Made by a program: the position numbers and the translations under genes. A stretch of 46,221 bases of DNA from Polymyxa betae A26-41. Lineage: Eukaryota > Protista > Endomyxa: Phytomyxea. Each line of letters begins with the position of its first letter. The first letter of the stretch is position 1. This document shows positions 1 through 13,263 of this stretch, in pieces. The DNA lies in NCBI GenBank assembly GCA_003693705.1, contig RBZT01000817.1, positions 1 to 46,221 of the forward strand. The letters are read 5' to 3'. A model generated the notes under the pieces. The model saw nothing but the letters and a program-made list of their open reading frames with translations. It had not been told where the DNA came from and ran no database searches.

Positions 1-244
1 AGCAGGAGCGCTGTTAGCATCAGACATAACGTATTCGTCGTAAAAAAAGATGTCAAGACAAGGGAGAGGAAAAATACGACGATACAAGACTAATCGTGTA
101 TTGAATAAGAGAAGGGAAAACAACAGGAAGACATTGCACCGGAGGTGCGTGGCGGACTAAATTATGTTATGGACTAAATTATGTTATGTTATGTCACTGT
201 CAGTCAGGACATGACATGCGCTACAGATCGATCTTGTCCCGAAC

Positions 245-1038
245 ATGCCCAATATCGGCATCGATGCTCGACTTCAAATCTGGAAACCATGGTTTAGGTT
301 CCTTCACAAATTCATTTTAAGAGTTTTGACTGCTATTGCCAGATTGCCCAATTCAGCAATTACTTCGATCGTTTGAACAATCGGTTCGATCAGTTACAGA
401 CCACTGTTCAGCAACAGCATCAAGACCTGATGCTACGGTTCCACGTCTCGTATGTTGTCCCTTTCCGATTTTTTGTCGCACATCCTCGTTTGGTAACTGA
501 TATTTTACAGCGAACAACGGTCAGTTACTAGGACTCATAATCAGAGCATTCGACGAGACTCTGAAGAGATTATGTCGCTGCCGCTGGAGGACGGGGAGCT
601 ACCGGTCGATTTCCCCGCGTCTGTCCCAGCGTTAAAGGCGCTGCCCAGTAAAAATAACTGTCCATTATCTCTATCTCACCGATGACTATTGAAATCCCTT
701 TAGTGGATTGTGTTACATAAATGTTTTTTCTCTATCTAAACCTATTACCGTTGACTCTCTCATAATTGATAGGGTCGGGAGAAAGGAAAATTATCAACTA
801 TGAGAGAATATCAAATATTCCAATAAACGGTATGCTCATACAAAATGCTCGGGAGAACAAAAAAATATTACATATGCGAGAGTATCAGTTATGAGAGAAC
901 CAGTTATGCGAGAGTCAACGGTACATGCTTTTCTCCAACTTTTCAGGGCAGTCATTACAGACTAAACCTTCTGTTCCGTCTAATGTATCGCTTACGACGT
1001 TAAATGGTCTTCGTGAATTTGCGTTCTGGTTCCATTAA
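245..1038 (+). pseudogene. Small spliced coiled-coil gene with a Mug135/DUF1773-like C-terminus, probably frameshifted
   Basis: Exons 343-449, 511-647 and 947-1038 join in frame via GT-AG introns: IAQFSNYFDRLNNRFDQLQTTVQQQHQDLMLRFHVS-EQRSVTRTHNQSIRRDSEEIMSLPLEDGELPVDFPASVPALKALP-RQSLQT...GLREFAFWFH*. The first exon needs a 1-nt frameshift. The family call is from memory of the R..N...l.l..G..P..FP pattern. Confidence 0.35.
748..921. mobile_element. 174-bp MITE, Tc1/mariner (pogo-like) type
   Basis: TIRs of about 22 bp (CCGTTGACTCTCTCATAATTGA vs revcomp of right end CCGTTGACTCTCGCATAACTGG). TA on both sides (746-747, 922-923). Internal TATGAGAGAA/TATGCGAGAG repeats. Confidence 0.85.
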
Positions 1039-2300
1039 TTCTATAACAATCTTCGCAGTATCCAAACATTACATTAGTTATAAAACAATATACTCAAAAT
1101 AAACAAAAAGGAGAAAAATAGTCTTTTTCCCTTAAAAGCCATTTTTGTTTTATTGTTATACAGTAAGATAATCAAAATGAGTAATCTATACAAATATAAG
1201 ACAAAATCAGCATTAAAACCAACTAGTTGATTCAGCCAATTTAATCGGTTTACCATACGTCCAAAAGGATTATCCTAATGAAGAGTCAACATTCGGTGGA
1301 GAACTTCAATCAATCGCCACGTTTGATCTATCAAGTCCAAATTCTATGATTGATTCATTTGAAAGTACTATTCAAGGGGACATCCTCCGTAATCTAGGAA
1401 AAATATCGACACCTCATCCTTTTTCTCAACCTTTCAATGGCGTAAAGCTGGCCTATCAGCATAATGAAAATTGGCGATATAGAGCTATATGAATCTGTAC
1501 TCCATGTTTTGAAGAGCTTCAGAAAGAGAATTTGGTGGAGTTGTGCTTGCAACTTGGCCCCTTCGGCCGATGAGGAAACTTTGTAATGATTTGGGCTACA
1601 TATAAGCAAGTTGGCTGTTGCTGTAAATGGAAGCGACACTAGCATGAATGCTGCAATCAATGTTTGAATTATATAATGAAGAAAAACGGGTGCAAAATAA
1701 TACACCGCTTCGAATCTGGAAGTAGAAGCATTGATAGATGCTATCGCTAGACGCCTGAGTGCTCTCAGCCATGTTTAGGACACAGCGCTGCCTGTTGACC
1801 GAGATCAACGAACCAAAATTCCAATCCACATTATGAAGAATCTACTGCTAATCAAGGGGGCATTATGACATTCGACACCTCATCGTAGCTCTTGAATTTG
1901 GTTCAATTCAGACCAGAGTCGCGACTTATAAACTCAGGCAATGGCGTCAAATGATCGCTTCGCAGACTAATCAAAATAGCCCATGTATGGGTGAAATAAT
2001 TAACGGCTCTGAAACTGGAAGTAAGAGTCCCCTGGTAGATATTGAGGCGATGCCTCAGTACTACCTGCCTTGCGCGAGGGCCACAGCGCCGCCCGTTGAC
2101 AAAATCAACAAACTAGTATATCCAATCCAATCCAATCCAAAATAGCCCATGCAAATGCTTAGCTTTGCGGCAAGAAAAACATCACATTGGAATTGAAAAT
2201 CATCGCATTTGACCTGAAGGTCGTCTGAGTTCAAGGATCAATCACAATGTGTCTAAAAGAGGGCAAGCAGTAACCCGCCAGTCTTAAAAAAAAAAACAAA

Positions 2301-2373
2301 AGCCCATGCAGGGATTCGAACCCTGGCTTCGGGATTCAAAGTCCCACTTCATGAACCACTAGAACACACGGGC
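2301..2373 (-). tRNA. tRNA-Gln (TTG)
   Basis: Cloverleaf GCCCGTG...TGGGA-CT-TTG-AA-TCCCG...CAGGG-TTCGAAT-CCCTG-CATGGGC-T, followed by a long oligo-T Pol III terminator. Confidence 0.88.
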
Positions 2374-3973
2374 ATGTATGTTATGTTGTTGTCAAAATGT
2401 TAATGTACCGATATCGATTCGTAACTCGATCATGAATAAACAAACCGATATTCTACAGTGATTTGGGGGGGTTGCTGCAATCACAAGTTAATATCACTAT
2501 TCAGCATTTTGGGTTTCGAAAAAGATCTCATTGATTCAGAAAATCATGCTGTAGTCACGGTTTTAGATCAGTCTATAGCAGCATTTGCAATACAATAAAC
2601 ATACAATATTTCAGTGGCGATTTGTGTAAAACTATATATTTGAGCGAAATGAAAAAATCATCAGGACTATGTCTAGGATAGAAACCATGCATCGGGAGGA
2701 TAGCAATGAACGCCAAAACAACGGAAAAGTTTAAAACGCTGATCGAGAGCAAGCGACTAAACGCGGAATACGACAGAGAAAGCGTTTGTGATGTGTGCAG
2801 ACCTGTAGAACAGAGCAATAACCGAATAGCGGGCTAGACGACCTCGCTTAAAGAGCGTCATGATGAGACGAAACCAGAGATGCCATGAGCGAAAACGCTA
2901 AACATCATTATCAGTATCAGGTTAACATCAGCAGAATCATGCATTGTCAAGCTGGGAATTCCAGCTATCCAACACCAAGAAAGCTATCTGAGAGATAAAT
3001 CAAGCATAGTAATGGCAATGTTATCTCAGAATGTGAATGAGAGGATGGTTAATAGAAGCAATTGGGTAGCGAAAGTTAATCAGATTTTATCAAAGCGGAA
3101 ACAAGAAACTATTGAGGAAAAGAAATGAAAAACAGCAAGCATTCTGGAAACCCAAACGCGTTAGACTGACATACAGAAATCTGTGATTTTAACTTCGACT
3201 GTTTGCAAGCATCGGCTGTGGTGGATGGTATCGCGCCATGAGGATGTTCGGCTGCAGATCTAGAAGGCCCAACCAGTACGACCCTATGGTCCAGAAGAAT
3301 CTATGGGCGTCATTATTCATAAAGCGAAAGTGGTCGTATGGTCGAGCGAACAAGAGCAATGGTGATTCATTTGTTCCCGCCTCTTTTAAGTCTCTCCGTC
3401 CACATATCAATGGTTTCGAGTCCTCACAAGAGCATGGTCACTCAAATCCGTCGTCCAAGGCATTGATCTCAACGGGATAGAGTGCTGAGGGTGTCGCTGG
3501 AAAAGATACAGCACAATGCAACCAAGAGCGACTTCTCAGAGATTTCAAACCTCTTCACAGCCGGCCGTTCTTGGGGGTTCACTTCAGAAAGATTACGATA
3601 AGAACAGTATTCTCATTGAACGTTTTCGAGAGCCAAGTTTCCAATTTCGCTGTATTGACCGAATCACATGGGCGAGCGGAAAGGTGCAAAATCAAGATGA
3701 GGTCAGTCCCATCTGCTATTGATCTCCTTTTCGACTATCCACGGCTCGGCTAATAGACCAGAGCCACCGTCGATGCATTAACCAGTAATCAAGACGAAAC
3801 CAAGAGAGATGGGACAGGTGCTGGATTTTGCGTTTTTAATCAAAGACAGTCCCAAATTGGTATAACAATATAGCGCTAGCAATCCTAGGATATCGGTCAC
3901 GCTAGAAATAATACAAATAAAAAACAAATACAAACGAGATACTCGATTTGACGTGCATGAACTGAAAATTCTA

Positions 3974-6507
3974 TTATCGACGAAAACGATTATCACTGTG
4001 ATGACGATCACTGTGGTGACGATCGCTATGATCCCGCGATGAATGCCTAAAAGTCAACACCTCAAGATCCATTCTGCGAAGGCAACGAGCGATAAAGAAA
4101 TGCATGAGAAATGCTTATAAGATGCAGGAAAAAACAATCAAAGTATAAACTGTACCTGCGGGAGCTATCCGTCCTTCTATCGGACGCATGGGATGAATGA
4201 TGTGGTGATGAGGAACGAGGCTTCTTCGATAATTCTGCAGCATTACTGGATGCAGGCCTGGGCCTCTTTGAAGGCGCTTCAGACTCAGTTGGTCTTGAGG
4301 TTGTAGATGATGATGCAGCCTTCGAAGGAGAAACATGCCCAGGCGGTTTTCTTGGTGGCAAGCCCTTCCTTTTTGCGGCGCTGAGTTCGTTGCTTGGTTG
4401 GTACTTTGGGACCTAAGCAAGTTAGACAGACAGTACATAAAGTATCACATAGAAAATAAAAACGTACAGATAAAAAAACGATAGGCAAAATAAAGGAGGA
4501 GCCATAGATAAAGCTGCTGACCTGCTCTGGCAGCAAAGGAAGCGGCGATGTAGTGAAATACGGATGCTCTAAGATTTCTGTAGCAGTAATTCGCTTCTGT
4601 GGGTCCAGCAGTAGCATTTTGTCCAACAAATCACATTCGTGAATGCCATACTATAAATAAAAAATATCAGATTATGACATTCAGGCAATCGCAAAGAAAC
4701 CGGAATTTCAGACCACCGCGAAGAAAGAAAGCTCAGTAAAAAATGGCAAAACCTGTAGAGTAAGCAAATCCATGCTTCAACAAATGAATGATATATAGCA
4801 GAACTTCAAAAAGATAAAATGTTGCCGTATCGGATAAACAGAAACGACGACGACAGTTAAGAATAGTAACACTGGACCTTTTCGAAAGTCTTCTTAACTT
4901 GGCGTGGATACTGTTTCGTAGGAACTGACTGAAGTGATGTTGGCAGAGTAGTTGGGGTACCACATAGCTTGAAAATTCGATTCAGCTGTTCCATTTCAGT
5001 CGATCCGTGAAATAAAGGGCGCAAGGTCAGCATTTCTGCAAAAACGCATCTGAAAAGCAATGTTTAGAAACAAAAAATCATACAGAAGCCAAACTAAAAC
5101 GAGATCCAATCATTCCGGCAATTATAAATCCAAATAAAGACATAGATATGTTACCCTAATGACCAGACGTCCAGAGCAGGCCCATAATGTCTTTCTCCCA
5201 GCAACAATTCTGAGCAGTTTTAACACTACGTGAGGAGACGGCTTAAATGAGATGCGAACCTGGAGCTCGATACCAGAGAGTGCACACTTTGTCTGCTGAT
5301 ATTAGATTTCGGTAAAGAAAGCAATAAATGGGCGTACCGGTATACGGCTGATTATCATTTCGTATGGGTCGAGCTAAGCCGAAGTCTCCAAGCTTCACAA
5401 TCCCTGAGATAAAGTCAGTTGGGAAGAGGGAATAGAGCCCGAGACCCGACCTTCGTTATTGATCAGAATATTAGAGCATTTGATGTCACGATGTAAGATG
5501 CCGCTTTCATGTAGATACGCCACCGCCATTACGATCTGCTTGAAATAGCATTTAATGACTGACGTCGTTACTCGGCATCTAAAAAATCAGTTGAAATCAG
5601 CAATAGCGACAAGATAGGCTGGCATCTCAGCAGGCCGAAAAAAGGAAACAGTCGCTAATAAAGAGCGAGCATATGAGTTACATAGCAACGTAGACAAAAA
5701 CATCCTAATACAAAACCAAAAACTACAGAAGCATGAACGAGAGTTGAAAACGAATATGAAAAGGACTGCCTGACGCAGGGTTATCAAGAAGACCAGAGAG
5801 ATCGTGTTCCAAGTAAGGAAACACAATGTAGATATGTGCATTGCTGCGATCGCTATGGGCATCTATCAATGAGCAGATAAGTTTTTCAAACAATTCAGTT
5901 CCAGGCGCTTGAAAATACTTTTAGATGCAACAACGTCGGAAACTGAAATGATATTCTCGTGCGACAGCCTCTGCAGAATACGAATTTCTCGAACTGACGT
6001 AACCGAGAACTGTGCAAACAAAGTTAAACTATATCGAAATAATCTAACGAATAGGAGAAACCATAAAACCCGAAAAAAATATGCTAAATAAAGCAATTTT
6101 GAATGAAAAGCTTATAAATGCCAGGAGCCGACAAATGAAAATAAATAATCGAATAATAACATTAGAGGATGCGACAAAAGTTTAGATTAAACATTGATGA
6201 AAGAGACAAAAGGAAAAAAATGGCATTGATGAAAGAGACAAAAAGAAAAAATGTGAGGTTATGACCCCATGATGCTGGTCATCCACTCGAAGCGCCTTCA
6301 AAGCAACCATAGAATTATCGGGAGCCTTTGCTTTATATACAACTCTATAGATGCAGGGTTTCAATAAGAGCAAGTCGAAGAAGTCACACCCGACCCAAAT
6401 GTGCCTTGGCCGATCTGACAGACCCGTTCATACATATCATCGGTTGGGAAAACAGGAGATTCGAATTGCCTCGGAGGCGATGCCGGCGGCAGCGGCATCC
6501 GAGACAT
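3974..6507 (-). CDS. Cyclin-dependent kinase, CDK9/CDK12/13 (CDKC-like), multi-exon
   Basis: Spliced motifs: [97 protein letters not shown]. Ser/Arg/His-rich tail ends HSDNRFRR* (TAA 3974-3976). About 12 exons with GT-AG introns. Confidence 0.92.
6191..6254. repeat. Imperfect ~32-bp tandem duplication in a CDK intron
   Basis: CATTGATGAAAGAGACAAAA(g/a)..AAAAAATG occurs twice in tandem. Confidence 0.75.
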
Positions 6508-7883
6508 TGCTGGCTCGTCTACTCTCTCGTGAGACAAGCTCGTCTCCAGCCTGGATGCAGCGCGTCCTATAATGAAAAATACAACTGCGTAGTGTAGCTG
6601 AGGGATGCGCCACTTCACAAAATAGAGCAGTTCTGTAGGGATCTGTTCTTTATTCGAAGAGCAATTATGAGAAAGTCATATAAGATTATTCATTCACATA
6701 TTCTGAAAGTTTTCATACTTCTGCATGCAGACAGGCCACACGCGTCCTGCCAACAGTATTTTAACCATCATTTCTCTTGGAATAAATAGAGAATGTTGCA
6801 TTCAACAGATTCAAAACATTGAGTCGTCGATTGAAACATTACATCAAGATTAATCATTAACACTGCGTTTAGCAGGCACTCGGAATCTAACAACACAAGA
6901 GTGAACATTCTGCAAAGCTTTCATCGAGCAGAAATTTAACAACGTGGACGTAGATCACGAGAATTCGAAATTGTTTGCGACCGGCGATTATGGGTGTAGC
7001 TTTATCGGTACCAGCAATCGGACTTGACTTCTCGTGCAGTAAACTTCAGGCGTTTAGCAGGCGGAGAACTGCCGATAACAGGGCTCTCATTGGCGTCCTT
7101 TGAAAAGTCAACTGTAGCGGACGCTGAGAACAAATCAAAGTTCTATCTCCACTGCAATAAACAGCAGCAAATCTTTCAAAAGTCAGCGAAACTGTTTCGA
7201 GGACGTTTTATTGGTCTTCGAAAGAAGCTTGTCAGATCTTTATCTATGACTTGCAGCTCCCAGAGTCTCTGCCCAACTTTTGGTCTCAAAGGCCTGCGAC
7301 TCGCAGACTTTCAGAGCCTTTTGCGCACGACTTTAATGTTGTTCGTTTTGGGTAGCCTTGCTTGCGTGAACAACGTTTGTGTCATCGACATGAACCGTTG
7401 TGTCCTGGAGGTAATATTGCCACTCTGATTTCGTCATTCCGAAAATCTGAGTCGCTCTACAATACCAAGCTTCCTACGACCATGGTTCAGGCTTCCTTGA
7501 AAGCTCTGATAGATTCCGCACGGCACTGCGAAGTCGTAATCCTGTTCAACCAGTACAGGGAATTTTGATACAGACGATAATATTATTTCCGAGATGTTTA
7601 TATATTGTTAGAAACAGGCTCATTTGTAATTGCCCCTAACTAGTCCTTTAAAATCGACAGAATACAGACAGTATATGCTGATATTATTACAGTTCATGAA
7701 CCTCAGAATCGCTTGATAGATTAGGCTAATGTGGAGAAGAAATGTGCGAGGCTTGACAAACTGTGCGATTGCTTCAGGAAAATGCTGAATAAAAAAATTT
7801 TGGGCGATTTTTGTCGCAACTTTCTCTCGTCGTGAAGACCGCAGCAAGCTGTCCCAGGCTTCGAGCGCCCTAGTAGCTCGATC

Positions 7884-10800
7884 ATGGACCAAATCGAGTT
7901 ATTCATCGCAGCCTGTGTCGAAAGCGCGTCTGCTGGTCAGGCCGGAAAACACGCCCGGCAATGGCTACTGGATGTCGGAGCGTCCCCCAAACCCTATCAT
8001 CTTTGTATTGCTGTGATAGGGCGTGCTTCGACTGCTGACGATCCCATGCGTTCCAGTATTGTCTTTCAATGTATATCGACTTTTTTCTTTAACTTTCTTT
8101 TTTAAGACATTTTGCTAGAAATTTTACTTGCGCGTGATTTCACGATAATCGTTTGCCATTTGTAGGTTTGTCAACAATTCTGCACGCATTAGAACGGGAA
8201 TGGAGCTACCTTTCTTCGAACGATATTCATTGGTTGCAGTCGCAGCTATCGTCATTAATTTTGGCTTCATGGGCGCAAGGTGCTGTTCTTAATCAAGCTG
8301 CGTATACCTTAGCAGTCATTCAGAAACGTCTCTGGTCTGTTTCTGAAGAAGTGACTCTCTCAGCCAAGATTGTTGGCGATTTGGAGCAGTATTTATCGGA
8401 CCCAAGCTTGCAGGTATTGCCTTATTACTTTATTTCACTGTCCTGCTCCATTGTTGCTACTCGTGTTGCTCAATGTCATACCTTCTGAGATGTCACTGTT
8501 TTGAGTCTTTTTGATATGGGATTTGATTAGCTCTCAGAGTTTGAGTCGAATCAATCTGTTTCAAAATATTATTTTTTTTTTCGTAATACTTGCTTACTGA
8601 TTAGTGTTGTAGTCTGCTGGCTTGGCACTTGCACAAAATCTGCTATCTGAATTCAGCTCTCAGCATGGATCGGCGTTGAACTTGACCTGGGAATCGCATA
8701 TCACTTGTCATCGTTCCTTTGAAAGTAACGCGCTCCGTCCCGTTTTCGAGGTCGTCCTACGATTTCTTAAATCCCAGCCTGTCAGTATTGCTCTCCCTCC
8801 CAAATCGCTGTCTAATTTTACCAATAGATTTCTGACTTGACTGGAAGCATTTTAAATGTTATGGTTACAGGTGTAATATGTTGACATCATGAAGTTTACA
8901 ATTGGTTTAATGTCAGATTTCACTTTCAATCGCTATGTTTTGTTTTACGGTTTGGGCAGTTTTCATCATTCGATCTTTCCAGACGAACTTTTTCTCACAT
9001 GTTTAATATCCTAGTGCTCTCATGGTCGTTCGAAGAATCTCTATCTTCTGATAAACTGGCTCTCCGTTGCATGATGCCTTCTGCGAATGCAAAGTCCGAT
9101 TCAACTCAGATCGTTCTAAAGCCTGGCCCCTCTTGGCGAAAGAGTCTGCTCGACGGCGAGAATAATCTCATTCAAGCTCTTTCCAAGTATGTTAGCGGTT
9201 TTTCCATTTTTCGGCTTTGCACCATGACAAACATTCGAGCTTCTGTTTTTGACTTACTTTCACAAACAGTGTTCATTCATCGCTGATGCAGAGCTCCGTT
9301 AAGAATCGCAAGTCAGCATTGCGCTTGGCGCGTCAGGCTTTGATCCATTTGGCTTCACTACAAGGTAACACTCAGGTGTGCCATTTTCATATGAATGCAG
9401 AGAAAATTCTCCGTTGTTGTTTACCTTGGTTTTAATTTCCTATTGTCTTGCTAATTCGTCACATTGTTAGGTAGCATTTTTCCTGTAAACGATGACTCCA
9501 CCTGTCTGCTGCGCTATGTTGGATCACTTTGCAACAGCATTTTGCAAATGCTGTCTCATATTGCAAACTCATCTAACATTGATGGTGAAGCTGTATTAGG
9601 TAAGCTATTGTCGGGTTCTAAGCGGAAACATTTCACTGCAGGCCTGTCACTACTAGTTATGTTTCTCTTTTCCCGTGTTTTCCTTTTTTCTCCTTACGTT
9701 AGCTTGATTTTCGCTAACTTGCTTTATCAAATAGATGTCTGTGTCCTAATTCAGCGTCTTTTGACCTGTCATGGAATCGACCGTATCATTCAAGTGGGCG
9801 CAGGAGGCACATTTTTAGATACGCTCGCCAATCTGTAAGTCCTCGGTAACGCGTTGTTTCTTTATGATTGTGTTGAACAGTGCTATTCCTTTAGCATCTC
9901 TTAATTCTTATTTCATTAACAGGACTTTGGAACTTGTAACAACTGCAGCTTCGTCTTCCATATCCATAGACACGTGGGCAAGTGAATCCTTTGATTTGAT
10001 TTTGGATTGTTGGACTGCATGTATTGCCCAAGCTCCGAAGACTTCGATTGATCTTCAGCCATATACAGATGCAATCTTTCAAAGGTAACCGTAACTTCAT
10101 TGCAGTTGAGCTTAGAAAATTTTACTTGATGCCAGGTACTTTCGTTTCAAAATGGAAGCCTCACATCTTTCTGCCACCGATGACGAGGATGAACAATTTT
10201 ATCGTTATGAGTCCAGCATTACGTTCAACGATGAACAGGTATAACACCATTGTTGCCAATGCCTTGGGATTGATTCACTATCTCTTTGTCTTAAATTTGC
10301 CTCTTTTTTATCTTTATTTTCCTTATGATGTTCAGTCTTAAGTCTGATTCTGCCAATAGTTTGTATGCATTTCGCTTCTTGCTCGAGTCTCAGCTCACTC
10401 AGCTCTCTCCCTTCTGAGTGATTCCGTCAATAATTTAAAATCAGCGCCTCTGACTGACGAACGACATGAAAGCATCTGCATTTCCGTTACCTTATTGATT
10501 GATGTCTTGGCTGACCCCTTCGTCCCTGGTAGGCTCCCTTTTCGGGAACTTTTTCCTTTCAATTCGTTTGTTTCGTTCCACAGCAACTTTTCTCTTGAAT
10601 GGTTGACATTGCTTTTTAACCCGCATTTCTTAGGCGAAGTTCACACTATCCCAAAACTGATTTTGAGTTGCCCTCCATCTACCGTGATAAACGCTATCGC
10701 ATCTCTTCTCACACTGGTCCATCACACCGTTCAACAAATTCAATCGGAATCGTTACGCGCTCAGCTCTCTCCTTATGCCGTCCAGGTCTTGATTTCCGCA

Positions 10801-13263
10801 ATGCAGTCCTTCTGCAGCACTTATCTGACTTTTGATCCTGATGCATACTCCAAACTTCACATGTAATGGTTTCTATGCTTTCGATTTGGAATATTATTTT
10901 ATTTGCTTCCTTTGTATCTAAATCAACTGTTTTTGATGAATATGCTTTGGCTCAAGTTATTGCCTCTGACGCTTATGTTTTTTCCCTCATAATTGCACTC
11001 ATCTTCATGCACGATCTGGCTTTGACTTGGTCGCAGTGAATTTGATCGGGATTTCGGGAAATTCCTTATTCATTCAATACCAGAGGCTCTCGACCTTGCT
11101 CTTCAATTAATTCACGCTGTTGTGGCTGTGTGGCAAACAGAAATTGAAGCTGGGGTTTTATGTGGATCCTTGCTTCAAGCTCTGTCATCGGTAAAGAAGG
11201 TGAATGGGATTTGCTTTCAACAGCGCGACCGTGATTTGCCAGATGCTAATCTTTTTATTTAGATACGTGAACAACTCCCTCTTTGCCCGACGTGGACGCC
11301 TTTAATGGCTTCCTTTGATTCTTGTATTGCTTCGTCTCCTCCCTGTGCTCTGCCTTCTGATATCTTACGCCCACTTTGCCATGGTCAATTTTCATTTAAC
11401 CCATTTCTTGTTACTCACCGCTTTTTTTTTGTTTTTTTGCCTCCTTTCTCATGTAACATAAATAGGTATTGCCAAGGTGGTCCTGCTCAACTCCGACTCG
11501 GCTGCCTACTGGGATGTGCTACAAGCTCATATCCGACGGCTGTGCTTTGGAAATGCACCTCATTCGATGGATGTAGCTCTCGATTTGCTGAATGGAATCG
11601 CTAAATGCTCGGGTATTTACTCCTTGAACTCACATTCTTTTTGTTTTCAAATTGCTTTTGGCAATCGCTGTGCTCCTCTGTTCGTTTTTACTATTCTGAT
11701 CTCGTTCGGTATCTGGCGTTGATGAATGGTATTAGGAAGAATTTCTGTGGAGAAATCGTTTCCGTTTATCATCTCGGCGCTGGAGGCTATTATTCAGCGT
11801 GGTCATAACAGCGATGTTCTTGAACTCTGTATTACGCTGGCTCTTGGTCACCTTCCAGTTCTTGATCAGCAACATTCGAACATGTTTTTTGCGTATGTAT
11901 CTTTAAGCAATTTGCAAAGACGACATTCTCTCAATCAGATGACCTATAGGTGCTGCCTTGCAGTAATTCATTCATTTTCTGCTTCGGGTTTAACAGCTCT
12001 CGTCTCTAATGATGACGAGTCCTTGGACAAGGGGTCTCAAGACATAGAGAACTTGCTTACTTTACTTCATCACTGTACGGCTAAAGATTTATTTGATTTC
12101 GGCCCCGATATGGTAACTAATGGAGCTGATGCGGTAATATTTATTTCATTTCTCAATGCGTTTCTTAATTCTTATGCTCCACAATGCGTCGACTCTAGTC
12201 TTGAGGACTGGTTATCGGTTTCTGTCCATTTTGGTGAACATGTTGCAATTTGTTTCGATTAGGCGTATATGATGCCTTCGTTGTACTATATCGTTTTACC
12301 ATTTTCATGACTAACAATTCTTTTCCCCTGTAGGCTTTTGCTGGACTCTGTGCTCTGCTGCCGTTATTTAGCCCTTCCGCGCTAGTTCATTTTCCTGCAA
12401 TTTGCTCCAGTTTGTATGAGTTGCTCTCTTCTCTGGTCATTACGTGCCCAGGTATTTGCAGTCGTTTGCTCCCACTCTCACTAAGAATCGGGTTTAGATA
12501 AAGTTATTGAGATGCCAACTGAGTCGCAATCAGCTTTGATCGCTGCGATCGAATTTTCGCTACATGGGTCGGTATCGCCTAGGTATGCTGTTCATTCGCT
12601 GCAATTGACGAACGTCAATCATTTGGATTTTCAGTGTCCAGATATCCGGAGTGAATGCGCTCAAAGCTATCGCAGATTATGCCTCATCTCGTGATCCTAA
12701 GGTCTTACTTTTCTGTTTGGTCTATTCTTCATTAAGACCATAGCTGACAAAGCTTTCTTTTTACTTTCGTGATCGTGTTTGCGTGCTTTTGCTTTCCGAA
12801 AACAATAATTAATATTCTGCTGTCTCTCGTTATTCCTTCGTCTAAATGTGATTGTTTCTCAGAGGCGGCCGCTACATCCTACTTTCAATCAATCCATTTC
12901 TGCATTTCAACGACATGTCCTCGGTCTGCTGCTGTTTGAGTCTATCAGGTAACAGTTTGTTACTAGACATAACTCGTTTTGGTCATTAGCTAACCGTAAT
13001 TCAGTGACACTCTCTTTGAGCCTCTTGCTGATTGTCTGCAGCCGTTGATCAAGTCGAATCCCATTGCTTTCCAAAGGCTAGCATCCAGTTTGATTGATGA
13101 ATGCGGTGACGACAAGATCCGTAATCGTCTGCAAGCCGGCTTTCACCTCTTACTTGAAGGGCGGCCTGATGCCACCGAGCAGCAGCGTCGTGGCCGGTTC
13201 TTCTTCCGACAAAATTGCATTGCATTTGTTCAGCAATGCCGTCCATTTTTGCAACGGAAATAA
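7884..13263 (+). CDS. XPO4: Exportin-4-like karyopherin, about 20 exons
   Basis: Motifs typical of XPO4: PKPYHLC, LEREWSYL, LLSEFS..GSALNLTWESHITCHRSFE, VLSWSF, LKPGPSWRKSLLD, ARQALIHLASLQGSIF, LADPFVPGEVHTIP, FRQNCIAFVQQCRPFLQRK*. The introns I checked in the 5' half are GT-AG and keep frame. Confidence 0.88.

Noticed and set aside
154-187. 17-bp direct repeat GGACTAAATTATGTTAT x2 as a CRISPR or functional array
   Set aside because: Simple tandem duplication without spacers, in a eukaryotic context.
2858-2880. Hammerhead-like TGATGAG..CGAAAC
   Set aside because: Lacks the C of CUGANGA and has no stem II or flanking stems.
3580-3640. U2 snRNA-like string (CTGTTCTTATC, minus strand)
   Set aside because: Only an 11-nt match. 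The GTAGTA branch-pairing motif, stem I and Sm site are absent.
6950-7570. ORFs between the CDK and XPO4 genes
   Set aside because: No recognisable domain on either strand. At most an unidentifiable relic.
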